Shown: piece by piece, positions 25,946 to 35,433 of the stretch
Layout of the letters: each line of letters begins with the position of its first letter
How positions within the stretch are numbered: the first letter of the stretch is position 1
DNA from: a virus
Strand: one strand, 5' to 3'
IMG/VR virus record: IMGVR_UViG_3300035703_000055
Coordinates: 1 to 64,000 of that record
Length of the DNA: 64,000 bases
The notes under the pieces: generated by a model
What the model saw: only the letters and a program-made list of their open reading frames with translations
Told to the model about the DNA's origin: nothing
Databases searched by the model: none
Position numbers and translations under genes: made by a program

Positions 25946-26068
25946 ATGAACGATCAGAACAACCAAACCCAGGAACCGCAAGGTCTCGACCTCGAGTCGG
26001 ACGCGCCACTGGGTCAACCCGCTTGCCCGCTGAACCCCGAAGACGGGGAGTGCGAAGCCTGCCAGTGA
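25946..26068 (+). CDS. 40-aa peptide ending ACPLNPEDGECEACQ
   Basis: hand translation; fills the gap between two genes. Confidence 0.55.
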   Translation: MNDQNNQTQEPQGLDLESDAPLGQPACPLNPEDGECEACQ

Positions 26069-26076
26069 GGTAGGCC

Positions 26077-26577
26077 ATGACCGAGGCAGGGAAGAAACAC
26101 GTTGACTGGGAGCTGGTAGAGAAAGACTTCCGCGCCGGCATCAAGACCGTGCGCCAGATCGCAGAAGAGCGTGGGGTTTCCCACACAGCGATCCTGAAGC
26201 GCGCAAGGCGTGACGGTTGGGAGCGAACAAAGCGAGCTGTGCCAGCTACTGAAGACAGGTCTGTTGCGGTTTCCGAGGTCGGTCCAAACATCAACTACGG
26301 CAATGTGCCCGGCTTCGTGTATGTGATCTTCGTGTACACCGGCTCGGAGTTCTTTTACAAGATCGGCCAGGCCAGCAACGTCGACGCGAGACTGAAGAGT
26401 CACCAGACCTCCAGCCCGTTCGAAGTCCGCATCGCTCTCGCATACTTCGTTGACAACATGCGCAGGGAGGAATCAACCCTCCACGCAATGTTCGCCGACA
26501 AGCGCATCCGTGGCGAGTGGTTTCAATTGGAGCGCGAAGACCTCGAGCTCATTGCCAAGAGGAGTCTGTTGGCATGA
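26077..26577 (+). CDS. TerS-like HTH fused to GIY-YIG (T5orf172/MUG113-type) nuclease
   Basis: GFVYVI..YKIG.A..VDARL..HQTSSP..E..LH..F..KRIRGEWF; N-terminus paralogous to the next gene. Confidence 0.85.
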   Translation: MTEAGKKHVDWELVEKDFRAGIKTVRQIAEERGVSHTAILKRARRDGWERTKRAVPATEDRSVAVSEVGPNINYGNVPGFVYVIFVYTGSEFFYKIGQASNVDARLKSHQTSSPFEVRIALAYFVDNMRREESTLHAMFADKRIRGEWFQLEREDLELIAKRSLLA

Positions 26578-27206
26578 GTGAAGAAAAGATTGTCGACTGG
26601 GTCGCTGTAGAGAAGCACTACAGAGCCGGCCTGAAGTCCCTGCGTACCATCGCAGAGGACAGCGGTATCACCGAAGGTGCCATCCGCAAGCGCGCAAAGC
26701 GTGACGGCTGGACGCGGAATCTTGAAGAAAAGATTCAGCAGAAAGCAAAAGAAAAGGTACGCAACGCAGCGGTACGCAACGACAGTACGCAGCTGACACC
26801 GAAGTCAGAGCGTGAGACTGTTGATAAGTATTCCGACATCGTCGCGCATGTGGATGAGATCCAGCGCGAAGACGTCAAGCTGGCCGTAGATGTCAGCCGC
26901 AGCCAGCTCAAAGAGCTCGCCGCCCTGGGTGATCCCAAGTTCCACGAAGTGCTCGAGGCAATCGCTGAGGCATTCGACGAGTCAGGTCCAACCGCAAACG
27001 GTGGCTGGAAGACTGACAAGGTCAACGAGCTGTACCGCTACATCATTTCCCTGGCTGGCCGGGTAAAGATGTCCAAAGAGATCGCGGGCAGCCACGGTGT
27101 TTACATCCCGCTGCAGCGCAAGATCTTCGGCCTTGACCAGGAGAAGCAGTCGACCAGCGAGATCGACATGCTGCTCAAGCGCATCAATGAGGCTGGCGAG
27201 CTGTGA
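26574..27206 (+). CDS. terS: terminase small subunit
   Basis: DW.AVE..YRAG..SLR.IA...GITEGAIRKRAKRDGW HTH; immediately upstream of TerL. Confidence 0.8.
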   Translation: MSEEKIVDWVAVEKHYRAGLKSLRTIAEDSGITEGAIRKRAKRDGWTRNLEEKIQQKAKEKVRNAAVRNDSTQLTPKSERETVDKYSDIVAHVDEIQREDVKLAVDVSRSQLKELAALGDPKFHEVLEAIAEAFDESGPTANGGWKTDKVNELYRYIISLAGRVKMSKEIAGSHGVYIPLQRKIFGLDQEKQSTSEIDMLLKRINEAGEL

Positions 27207-28738
27207 GCGCGCTGTCCGAACAAGAGCGCGAGCAGGCGATCCGCCTGGTCCGCAACAACCTGCTGGTCCATGCTGCGCACTGCGCAAAGATCAAGGACAA
27301 GCAAGGCAAGGTCACGCCGTTCATCTTGAACCGTGCCCAGCGCTATGTGCATGAGCGCCTTGAAGAGCAAAAGCGCGAGACTGGAATGGTCCGGGCTCTG
27401 GTGCTCAAAGGGCGCCAACAGGGCATCTCGACCTACATCGGCGAGCGCTACTACCACCAGGTCTCGACGCAAGGCAAGAGCGCCTTCATCGTGGCCCACG
27501 AAGACAAGGCCACCTCGAACCTGTTCGAGATGGTCAAGCGCTACCAGGACCACAACCCGCTGGCACCAAGCACCAAGGCTTCGAACGCCAAGGAGCTGCT
27601 GTTCGGCGCGATTGATGCGGGCTACAAGCTTGCAACCGCAGGCACTGACGACGTCGGCCGCGGTAACACTGGCCAGCTGATCCACGGCTCTGAGTTCGCC
27701 TTCTGGCGCAATCCTCAGATGCACTTGGCCGGCTTGGGTAACACAGTGGCCGACATGCCTGGCTCTGAGATCATTCTCGAGTCCACCGGCAACGGCCAGG
27801 GCAATGCCTTCCACTTGATGTGGCAAGAGGCAGAGGCCGGCAACAACGGCTTCATCGCCATCTTTGTGCCGTGGTTCTGGCAAGAGGAATACCGGCTTCC
27901 GGTGCGTGACAAGTTTGAGCTGTCACCGGACGACGAAAAATACATGCGGGCTTACGAGCTCGACATGGAGCAGATGCAGTGGCGGGCGAACAAAATCGCT
28001 CAATACGGCAAGGGCTTTGAGTGGCTGTTTGACCAGGAATACCCGGCAACCGCCAGCTTGGCCTTCCAGAGCTCGACACTGAACCCGCTGATCAGCCCAT
28101 CCGATGTGATGGCCGCTGTGAACAGCAAGTACTTTGACCAGGTGGGTCCGCTGATCATCGGCGTCGACCCTGCTGGTGATGGTGCCAACGACCCTGACCG
28201 CACGGCCTTTGTGTTCCGACGTGGTCGCGTGATCCCTAGAGTCGAGTATCACAAGAGCAAGACCACGATGCAGATCGTCGGCATGCTCGTTGAGATCTGG
28301 AACACCGAGCGGCCTGACGCGATCATCATCGACAAGGGCGGCCTGGGAGCTGGTGTTGTTGACCGCCTGCAGGAGATGAATGTCCCTGTCATCGGCATCA
28401 ACAGCGCCGAGCGTGACATGGACTCCGACACCTACGAAAACATCCGCGCCGGCATGTGGTGGCGGATGAAAGAGTGGTTCGAGAACAGCCCCGTGCGCAT
28501 GCCCAACGATGCCGCTCTGATCAGCGACATCACAGCGCCACAGCCAGACGAGCACTCGACGGGCCGAAAGCTTCTCGAGTCAAAGAAAAAGATGGCCAAG
28601 CGCGGCATTCGATCGCCTGACGGTGGTGATGCGCTGGCTCTGACCTTCTCTGTGCCTGTTGCCAAGCGCGCGGATGCCATTGGTGGCTTCCAGATGATGG
28701 GCACACAAGGCAACGCGCCAACAAGCGCCGGATATTGA
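27203..28738 (+). CDS. terL: terminase large subunit
   Basis: LKGRQQGIST Walker A, HGSEFAFW, ESTGNG coupling motif, nuclease GVDPA..D, SPD.GDAL. Confidence 0.95.
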   Translation: MSALSEQEREQAIRLVRNNLLVHAAHCAKIKDKQGKVTPFILNRAQRYVHERLEEQKRETGMVRALVLKGRQQGISTYIGERYYHQVSTQGKSAFIVAHEDKATSNLFEMVKRYQDHNPLAPSTKASNAKELLFGAIDAGYKLATAGTDDVGRGNTGQLIHGSEFAFWRNPQMHLAGLGNTVADMPGSEIILESTGNGQGNAFHLMWQEAEAGNNGFIAIFVPWFWQEEYRLPVRDKFELSPDDEKYMRAYELDMEQMQWRANKIAQYGKGFEWLFDQEYPATASLAFQSSTLNPLISPSDVMAAVNSKYFDQVGPLIIGVDPAGDGANDPDRTAFVFRRGRVIPRVEYHKSKTTMQIVGMLVEIWNTERPDAIIIDKGGLGAGVVDRLQEMNVPVIGINSAERDMDSDTYENIRAGMWWRMKEWFENSPVRMPNDAALISDITAPQPDEHSTGRKLLESKKKMAKRGIRSPDGGDALALTFSVPVAKRADAIGGFQMMGTQGNAPTSAGY

Positions 28739-28754
28739 CGAGGGAAGCAAAGAA

Positions 28755-29129
28755 ATGAGCAAGAGCACCAAGCCAGTCTGGGACAAAGCCCGACCCAAAG
28801 ATCTGGGTGACTCCAAGCCATTGACGCCCGCACAGAAGTCCAGCGCGAAGGAGTCCGCCGCAAAGGCTGGTCGACCTTATCCCAATCTGATTGACAACAT
28901 GAAGGCCGCACGCCGCGGAAGCCAAATGAACGACACCGAATACGAAGACGCCTGGAAAGAGGGCGAAGAGGGCGGCAAAGAAGCCGCTCCAGCCACTGAG
29001 GCTGTCAAGGCCGCCAAAAAGGCCGCTGACGAGTCCGAGCAGGGCGAGTTCATCAAGGCCTACGCCGAGATCGAAGACGCCGAGAAGAAGGACGAAAAGA
29101 AGCCCGGCGACAAGGATGAGTCCAAATGA
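28755..29129 (+). CDS. hypothetical protein (basic N-half, acidic C-half)
   Basis: AGRPYPNLIDNM motif; internal Met at 28926 could be a second start. Confidence 0.65.
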   Translation: MSKSTKPVWDKARPKDLGDSKPLTPAQKSSAKESAAKAGRPYPNLIDNMKAARRGSQMNDTEYEDAWKEGEEGGKEAAPATEAVKAAKKAADESEQGEFIKAYAEIEDAEKKDEKKPGDKDESK

Positions 29130-29491
29130 AGAACGCCGGCGAATTCGTTCTGACCTTGCTCAACGCCCGCACAGCTGCGCACATCGCGCACCTGAGCGTG
29201 TCCGGTGTTGGCAGTGATGCTGCGCACCGCGCCCTGGCCGCCTTCTACGACGGCATCCCTGACCTGGCCGACCGCTTTGCCGAGTCCTACATGGGCTGCT
29301 ATGGCGAGCTGATCAAGTTCACCGGCTCCAGCTTCAAGCTGGAAAAAGACCCGATCAAGATGCTTGAGAGCCTGAAGTCCGTCATCGAGACCGCTCGCAG
29401 CGAGTGCGACAAGCCCTACCTGCAGCAGATCATCGACGACATGCTCGAGCTGGTCTCCAGCACGAACTACAAGTTGAAATTCCTGAAATGA
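29126..29491 (+). CDS. ferritin/Dps-like four-helix protein (DUF5856-like)
   Basis: AHIAHL..AAHRAL..FYD..DLADRFAESYMG..IID..L..STNYKLKFL. Confidence 0.75.
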   Translation: MKNAGEFVLTLLNARTAAHIAHLSVSGVGSDAAHRALAAFYDGIPDLADRFAESYMGCYGELIKFTGSSFKLEKDPIKMLESLKSVIETARSECDKPYLQQIIDDMLELVSSTNYKLKFLK

Positions 29492-31770
29492 ACCAAGACA
29501 ACCTCGAGTACGAGTTGGCCGCTGCTGAGCAGTTGGCTCAGCCAGACAGCCACGCTCCGTCTCAGGTTGATGCCCTTGGTGCGACCTTGCTGGCCGAGTT
29601 CGCACAGGCCGAGCTGGATCGCCGCCAGACCGAAGAGCGCTGGCTCAAGGACCTGCGCCAGTACAAGGGCCAGTATGACCCTGAAGTCCTGGCCAAGATC
29701 GGCCCCAACCGCTCCAAAGCATTCGTGCGCAAGACCCGGGTCAAGATCAAGACGATCGACTCGCGTGTGGCCGATCTGCTTTTCCCTGCCGGCTCAGAGA
29801 AAAACTGGGAGATCGACAGCACTCCCAAGCCTTCCATCTCGCCTGAGCAAAAGCAGCTGATCACCAAGCAGATCCTGCAGAGTGTCGCCGCCCAGGCTCA
29901 GCAAGCAGGCCAGCCAGCACCCACACGAGTGCCTGACGAGGTCGTCGAGCAAGCCGTCATCAAAGTGGCCAAAGAGTCCGCCAAGCGGATGTCCAAGGTC
30001 ATTGAAGACCAGCTGGTCGAGGCTCGCTACAAGCAGGTCGCACTGCAAGCCATTCACTCTGGCCACCTGTACGGCACCGGCGTGATGAAGGGCCCGCTCG
30101 TTGAGCGCAAGGTCCGCACACGCTTTGTGCAAGAGGGCAACAACTGGGTAGCCAAGAGCGAGACCTACGTGGTCCCGTTCGTGGACTTCGTGCCTCTGTG
30201 GCGCTTCTACCCCGACATGTCGGCCAGCGAGCTCGATCAGTGCCGCTACGCCTACGAGCGCCACCAGATGACCAAGGCTGACCTGGTCGACCTGAGCCAG
30301 CGCAAGAGCTTCAACAAGACCCGCATCGTCGCTTACATCAAGGCCAACCCGGCCGGTGAAGTGAAGCTGCGCTACTTCGACAACGAACTGCGAGTCATTG
30401 GTGAGCGCAACGCCACCCAGGGCAACAAAGCCGGCACTTACGAGGTGCTCGAGCGTTGGGGCTGGCTGGATGGCGCTCAGCTCAAAGAGGCTGGCGTCGC
30501 CATCTCTGAAGACCGCATCCACGAGACTTTCTTCTCGAACGTCTGGCTGTTGCCAAACGGCGAGATCATCAAGGCCGTGCTGCAGCCAATCAATGGCGTG
30601 ACCTGGCCGTACCACCTGTACCACTTCGACAAGGACGAGACATCGATCTTTGCCGAGGGCATCGCCTCGATCATGCGCGATGACCAGACCATGATCAATG
30701 CGTCGACCCGCATGATGCTGGACAACGCTGGCATCACCGCTGGCCCTCAGCTCGAGGTCAACCCCTCGCTGCTGGCCAGTCTGGACAAGGTCGAAGAGCA
30801 CTTCCCCTGGAAGATCTGGCTGCGCAACAACTCCAATCCAGGCGCTGCAGCCGTTCGCGTGCTCGAGATGCCCAATGGCTTGGCCACACTGTCCAGCATG
30901 GCCGATCGCTTCGAGAACAACGCTGACGAGACCACGGCCATTCCCCGCTACATGACGGGCGAAAACGTGGGCTCAGGCGCTGCCGGCACCGCTTCTGGCA
31001 TGTCCATGCTGATGGGCGCGGCCAACATCGTGATCAAGGACCTGATCACCAACTACGACGAGGGCGTCACACGTCCCTTCTTGCAGGCCCTGTACCGCTG
31101 GAACATGCAGTTCCACAAGGAATCCGCCATCAAGGGTGACTTCGACGTCAAGGCCCGCGGCGCTGCCAGCCTGGTGCAAAAGGAAGTCCGAGCCGCTCAG
31201 CTCAACGAGTTTGCGGCCATGACATCCAACCCAATGGACGCCCCATACATCAAGCGCGACGCATTGCTGCGCCAGCGTGCCGAGGCTCACGAGCTGTCCG
31301 ACGTCGTCAAGACCGAGGAAGAGGTGATGGCCGAGCAAAACAACGAGATGGCGATGATGCAGCAGAAGGCCGCGATGGCTCAGCAACAGCTGATCATGGC
31401 CGAGCTCGAGAAGAAAGTCGCATTGCTGTCTGCCCAGGCCGCCAAGGCCATGGCCGAGGTCGAGCTGATCGCCGCCAAAGCTGTCAGCACCAAGGTCGAG
31501 GCTGTCTACGCCGCCCTGCAAGCCGGCGGCACCGCCACATCGACGCCGCTCATCGCGCCAGCTGGTGACGAGATCTTGCGCTCGAGTGGATGGCAAGACG
31601 CCACGCCTGATCCGACGATTGCCCAGCTGGGTGGACCACCCGTTCAGCCCGATGGCCAGATGGTTCAGCCGCCCATGGCACCAGCTCAGCCTGATGTGCC
31701 CAACGTCGAGGCACCGACCGGCATGCAAGGTCGCCGCGAAGGCATCGAGACGCCGGCGATTGACGCATGA
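29488..31770 (+). CDS. portal protein
   Basis: 760 aa after the terminase; LYGTGVMKGP, FYPD, GTASGMSMLM motifs; coiled-coil and Pro/Gln-rich barrel tail. Confidence 0.88.
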   Translation: MNQDNLEYELAAAEQLAQPDSHAPSQVDALGATLLAEFAQAELDRRQTEERWLKDLRQYKGQYDPEVLAKIGPNRSKAFVRKTRVKIKTIDSRVADLLFPAGSEKNWEIDSTPKPSISPEQKQLITKQILQSVAAQAQQAGQPAPTRVPDEVVEQAVIKVAKESAKRMSKVIEDQLVEARYKQVALQAIHSGHLYGTGVMKGPLVERKVRTRFVQEGNNWVAKSETYVVPFVDFVPLWRFYPDMSASELDQCRYAYERHQMTKADLVDLSQRKSFNKTRIVAYIKANPAGEVKLRYFDNELRVIGERNATQGNKAGTYEVLERWGWLDGAQLKEAGVAISEDRIHETFFSNVWLLPNGEIIKAVLQPINGVTWPYHLYHFDKDETSIFAEGIASIMRDDQTMINASTRMMLDNAGITAGPQLEVNPSLLASLDKVEEHFPWKIWLRNNSNPGAAAVRVLEMPNGLATLSSMADRFENNADETTAIPRYMTGENVGSGAAGTASGMSMLMGAANIVIKDLITNYDEGVTRPFLQALYRWNMQFHKESAIKGDFDVKARGAASLVQKEVRAAQLNEFAAMTSNPMDAPYIKRDALLRQRAEAHELSDVVKTEEEVMAEQNNEMAMMQQKAAMAQQQLIMAELEKKVALLSAQAAKAMAEVELIAAKAVSTKVEAVYAALQAGGTATSTPLIAPAGDEILRSSGWQDATPDPTIAQLGGPPVQPDGQMVQPPMAPAQPDVPNVEAPTGMQGRREGIETPAIDA

Positions 31771-32006
31771 GCGATTCGATGACCCAGATGCGGGCCTTGG
31801 CCGACACCTCGGTCATCGTCCAGGAATACGCCGGATCTGACGCCATCAGGCATGTGGAGAACATGCTCGAGGCGCTCGAAGAGGTCTACAAGGCCGAGCT
31901 CGCAGAAGTGACCGCAGAACAGCTGGTCGCCCTGCAAAGCAAGCTCAAGCAGACCGCACTGATCCGCAAGGTACTGCGCAAGGAAGCGCAGCTGCCGAAA
32001 CTTTGA
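31767..32006 (+). CDS. small protein downstream of the portal
   Basis: 79-aa helical protein, ATGA coupled. Confidence 0.7.
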   Translation: MSDSMTQMRALADTSVIVQEYAGSDAIRHVENMLEALEEVYKAELAEVTAEQLVALQSKLKQTALIRKVLRKEAQLPKL

Positions 32007-32084
32007 ATCTTCAGCCCCTGCGCAAGCAGGACAGTATGAAGCCGGGCGACCGGCTTTTTTGGAAGCCGATCGAAAGGAAACTCA

Positions 32085-33170
32085 ATGGCAACCACGACAG
32101 AACAGTTGAAAGACGACGAAGCAGCATTTGCTTCCGCCTTCAACGAAGACCAAGCCCCAGCCGCTCAGATGTCGGAAGACGAAGAGTTTGGCCTGGCTGA
32201 ACCTGCAGCAGAAGAGCCTGCCGCCGAAGCCAAAGACGGCGCCCCTGAGATGGAGTCCGAAGACGCTGGCAACGCCAACGACGGCGAGGCTCCTGCTGTT
32301 GCGATCGTGATTGACGGCGGTGAGCTCGAAGAGGCCGCCGACCAAGCCAATGCCAAAGACAGCGCCGAAGCCGCTGCTGATGCTGGCCAGATGGGCGACA
32401 CTGTTGCCATGGCAGAAGAGGGCGCAGAAGACACCGCCGCCATGGCCAAAGAGATCCAGCGCTTGAAGTCCTGGGAGGGCCGCCTGAAGGCTATGGAAGC
32501 CAAGCTCAAAGCCGCTGGCGCCGACACCGAGGAAGAGCAGACAGAAGCCGTGGCCGAGGCCATCGAGAAGTCTGCAGACGCCACAGACACCCCGGCCGAC
32601 GAAGAGAAGGTCGAGCAGATCGCTGAGCAGGTCGAAGACGGCCAGATCAGCGTGACCCAGGCCATGAAGCAGCTGGCCGACGACTTCGGTGACGAGTTCG
32701 TCAAGATGATCGAAGCCATCGCCACAGCCAAGGCCCGCGAAGCCGGCAGCCAGGTCGTAGGCGAGCTCAAGGGCACCGTCGACGAGATCATCGGCGACAT
32801 CGTGGACACCAAGGCCAAGGCTCACTTCGAGAAGATTGCCGACGCTCACCCCGACTTCAACGAGATCGGCGAGAGCGAAGAGTTCAAGGCCTTCATCGAC
32901 GCCATGCCTGAAGAAGGCAAAGGCGCAGCACTGGACACGATCGCCAACGGCTCTGCCAAGTCGATCATCAAGCTGCTGAACGATTTCAAGGCAGTCAACA
33001 AGTCCGGCGGCGACGCAGCTCCCGAGCTGACCGAAGCCAAGGAATCGATCCTGGACGAGGTCTCCGAAGACCAGATGGACGCCGCAGAAGGCGTGCGCTC
33101 CAGCGGCATGAAGCTGCCTGAGCAACCCGCCAAGTCGGACGACTACGAGTCGGCCTGGTCGGAGTTCTGA
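32085..33170 (+). CDS. capsid scaffolding protein
   Basis: highly acidic; HPDF.EI..S.EF motif; lies between portal and capsid. Confidence 0.75.
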   Translation: MATTTEQLKDDEAAFASAFNEDQAPAAQMSEDEEFGLAEPAAEEPAAEAKDGAPEMESEDAGNANDGEAPAVAIVIDGGELEEAADQANAKDSAEAAADAGQMGDTVAMAEEGAEDTAAMAKEIQRLKSWEGRLKAMEAKLKAAGADTEEEQTEAVAEAIEKSADATDTPADEEKVEQIAEQVEDGQISVTQAMKQLADDFGDEFVKMIEAIATAKAREAGSQVVGELKGTVDEIIGDIVDTKAKAHFEKIADAHPDFNEIGESEEFKAFIDAMPEEGKGAALDTIANGSAKSIIKLLNDFKAVNKSGGDAAPELTEAKESILDEVSEDQMDAAEGVRSSGMKLPEQPAKSDDYESAWSEF

Positions 33171-33562
33171 TGGCTCAGTACGGAGGCCGTGAGATCGGTC
33201 TGAAGCCGAGCGACGCAATCGCCGCCGAAGCCCGCAAGGGTCTCGAGTGGCGCAGCGAGTTCGGCCGCGGAGGCACTGAGGTCGGCATCGCCCGGGCTCG
33301 AGACCTCAGCAACCGCAAGGAGCTGTCGCCCGACACCGTTCGGCGCATGCACAGCTTCTTCTCGCGTCACGAGGTCGACAAGAAAGGCGAGGGCTTTTCT
33401 CCTGGCGAGAAGGGTTACCCGTCCAACGGCCGCATCGCATGGGCCCTTTGGGGTGGCGATGCAGGCGCATCCTGGGCTCGCGCCAAGGCGGCAACCCTGG
33501 ACCGAATCGACGAATCAGGCAAAGACGGCGACGACTACGCCAAGGCCTGGAACGAAAAGTAA
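33170..33562 (+). CDS. conserved head-associated protein
   Basis: GGTEVGIARARDL..RM.SFFSRH..IAWALWGGDAG..WA domain common in phage head regions. Confidence 0.7.
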   Translation: MAQYGGREIGLKPSDAIAAEARKGLEWRSEFGRGGTEVGIARARDLSNRKELSPDTVRRMHSFFSRHEVDKKGEGFSPGEKGYPSNGRIAWALWGGDAGASWARAKAATLDRIDESGKDGDDYAKAWNEK

Positions 33563-33564
33563 AG

Positions 33565-33945
33565 CGTCCCCGCTCTGCGAAAGCATCGGGCTTGAAGCCT
33601 CATCGGAGGCCGCTGCGACCCAGGTAGCGTTACGACACTGGGACCCATTCAGCTGATCCGCCATGCGCGGAAACAGTATCGAGGCCGCTGGCATTGCCGG
33701 CGACCTCAGCCAGTTTGTGGAAGTAGCCACTCCGTGCTGCCTCACAGCCGGTGTAGCAGGATGCACCGGTAACCAAACATCCTGCACCTTGGAGCACGAC
33801 AACCAGTCGCGCATGAGACAAAGAATTCGGGACACGCCTCGGCGCCCCACATGAGTTCAGCGGATCTGCACACGGCAAACGGGAAATCCATCGCTCCTTT
33901 CAAGATGGCTGTTACCAACAGCAAAAGACTCTTTTAGCCATTAAC
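33565..33945 (+). ncRNA. candidate structured RNA / capsid leader with pseudoknot
   Basis: nested stems 33655-61/33860-66, 33662-69/33808-15, 33733-38/33793-98 and an H-type pseudoknot at 33748-33785. Confidence 0.5.
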
Positions 33946-33958
33946 AAAGGAAATCACC

Positions 33959-34942
33959 ATGGCATCTACCTCTTACGGCGACATCTCGCCCCGTACCGCA
34001 GCCTACGCAGAAAAAGAACTGCTCAAGCGCGGCCTCCCCTACCTCGTCTTGGAAAAGTTCGGTCAAGCGAAAGCTCTGCCCGCCAACTCCACCAAAGTGA
34101 TGAAGTTCCGTCGCTACACAGCGCTGAGCAACACACCCGTGGCCTTGACCGAAGGCGTGACCCCATCCAGCCAGCAGCTGTCCGTCACTGACGTGACCGC
34201 TACCCTGAGCCAGTACGGCGGTCTGACCACGATCTCTGACGTGATCTTGGACACCCACGAAGACCAGACCTTGAACGAGGCCGTGGCTCTGTTGGGCGAA
34301 CAAGCCGCCCAGATGATCGAGAAGATGCGCTTCGGCGTGCTGAAAGCTGGCACGAACGTGCTGTACGCCAACGGCTCCGCTCGTACCGACGTGAACACCG
34401 AGATCTCGATCGACGTGCAGCGCCGTGCCGTGCGTGCTCTGAAGCGTCAAAACGCTCGCTTCATCACCACCATCATCCGCTCGACTCCTTCGTTCGGTAC
34501 AGAGAACGTGGCCCCTGGCTTCGTGGCTCTGATCCACCCCGACGTGGAAGCTTCCGTGCGTTCCCTGACTGGCTTCGTTCCTGCTGAAAAGTACGGCACG
34601 ATGACTCCATGGGAAGGCGAGCTGGGCAAGGTTGAGGACGTGCGCTACGTGTCGTCCACCATCTTCAGCCCATTCGCTGACGCTGGCGGCGCCAAGGGCA
34701 GCATGCTGTCCACCACTGGCACTTCTGCCGACGTGTACCCGATCCTGTTCTTGGGTCGTGACGCTTACGGCATCGTGGCCTTGAAGGGCGCCTTCGCTCT
34801 GACCCCCATGGTCGTGAACCCCAAGCCTTCGGATTCCGATCCTTTGGCCCAGCGTGGTCACGTCAGCTGGAAGGGCATGCAGACCGCCGTGATCTTGAAC
34901 GACGCGTTCATGATCAGGGTCGAGGTAGCCGCTCGCGCCTGA
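33959..34942 (+). CDS. major capsid protein (N4-gp56 type)
   Basis: LTEGVTP, QYG..ISD, GELGKVE.VR, DPLAQRG.VSWK motifs; AAGGA RBS; strongly biased codons. Confidence 0.93.
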   Translation: MASTSYGDISPRTAAYAEKELLKRGLPYLVLEKFGQAKALPANSTKVMKFRRYTALSNTPVALTEGVTPSSQQLSVTDVTATLSQYGGLTTISDVILDTHEDQTLNEAVALLGEQAAQMIEKMRFGVLKAGTNVLYANGSARTDVNTEISIDVQRRAVRALKRQNARFITTIIRSTPSFGTENVAPGFVALIHPDVEASVRSLTGFVPAEKYGTMTPWEGELGKVEDVRYVSSTIFSPFADAGGAKGSMLSTTGTSADVYPILFLGRDAYGIVALKGAFALTPMVVNPKPSDSDPLAQRGHVSWKGMQTAVILNDAFMIRVEVAARA

Positions 34943-34962
34943 TAAGGCCTGAGCGCTGAAAC

Positions 34963-34986
34963 AAGGGCTCCTTCGGGGGCCCTTTT
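34963..34986 (+). terminator. intrinsic terminator
   Basis: AAGGGCTCC-TTCG-GGGGCCCTT hairpin with a short T-run after the capsid gene. Confidence 0.8.
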
Positions 34987-35069
34987 CCATTGGTGCGTCG
35001 GATAAATAACGACGACCAACCCGATGCCGGGGCGGGCAATCCCCGGCAATTTTTCTGTGAGGTATTCCA

Positions 35070-35423
35070 ATGTCCGATTCCAAAGTCACCACCCTTGACG
35101 ACGCGGCCGCTCTGGCTGACGCAACCGTCGCCGCCAAAGCCAAGACATCCGTCACCAAGGCCAAAGGCGCAAACCACGACTCAGCTCTGTCTGGCGACAA
35201 ACAGATCCTGACCATTCACCAAACCAACGACGACGGCGGCAGCGAAGACGTCTTCATCGGCATCAACGGTTACGGCTACCAAATCAAGCGTGGCGAGCCC
35301 GTTGAAGTGCCCAAAGAAGTTGTGCAAGTGATCGCCAACGCCAAGCAAGAACTGATGACGTTCGGCAAAGACGGCAACGTGATCTCGCGCACCACTCCAC
35401 GCTTCCCCTACTCCGTTCAGTAA
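35070..35423 (+). CDS. conserved post-capsid protein
   Basis: VFIGING..YQIKRG.PVEVP..V..RFPYSV. Confidence 0.75.
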   Translation: MSDSKVTTLDDAAALADATVAAKAKTSVTKAKGANHDSALSGDKQILTIHQTNDDGGSEDVFIGINGYGYQIKRGEPVEVPKEVVQVIANAKQELMTFGKDGNVISRTTPRFPYSVQ

Positions 35424-35433
35424 GGCCTGACCC

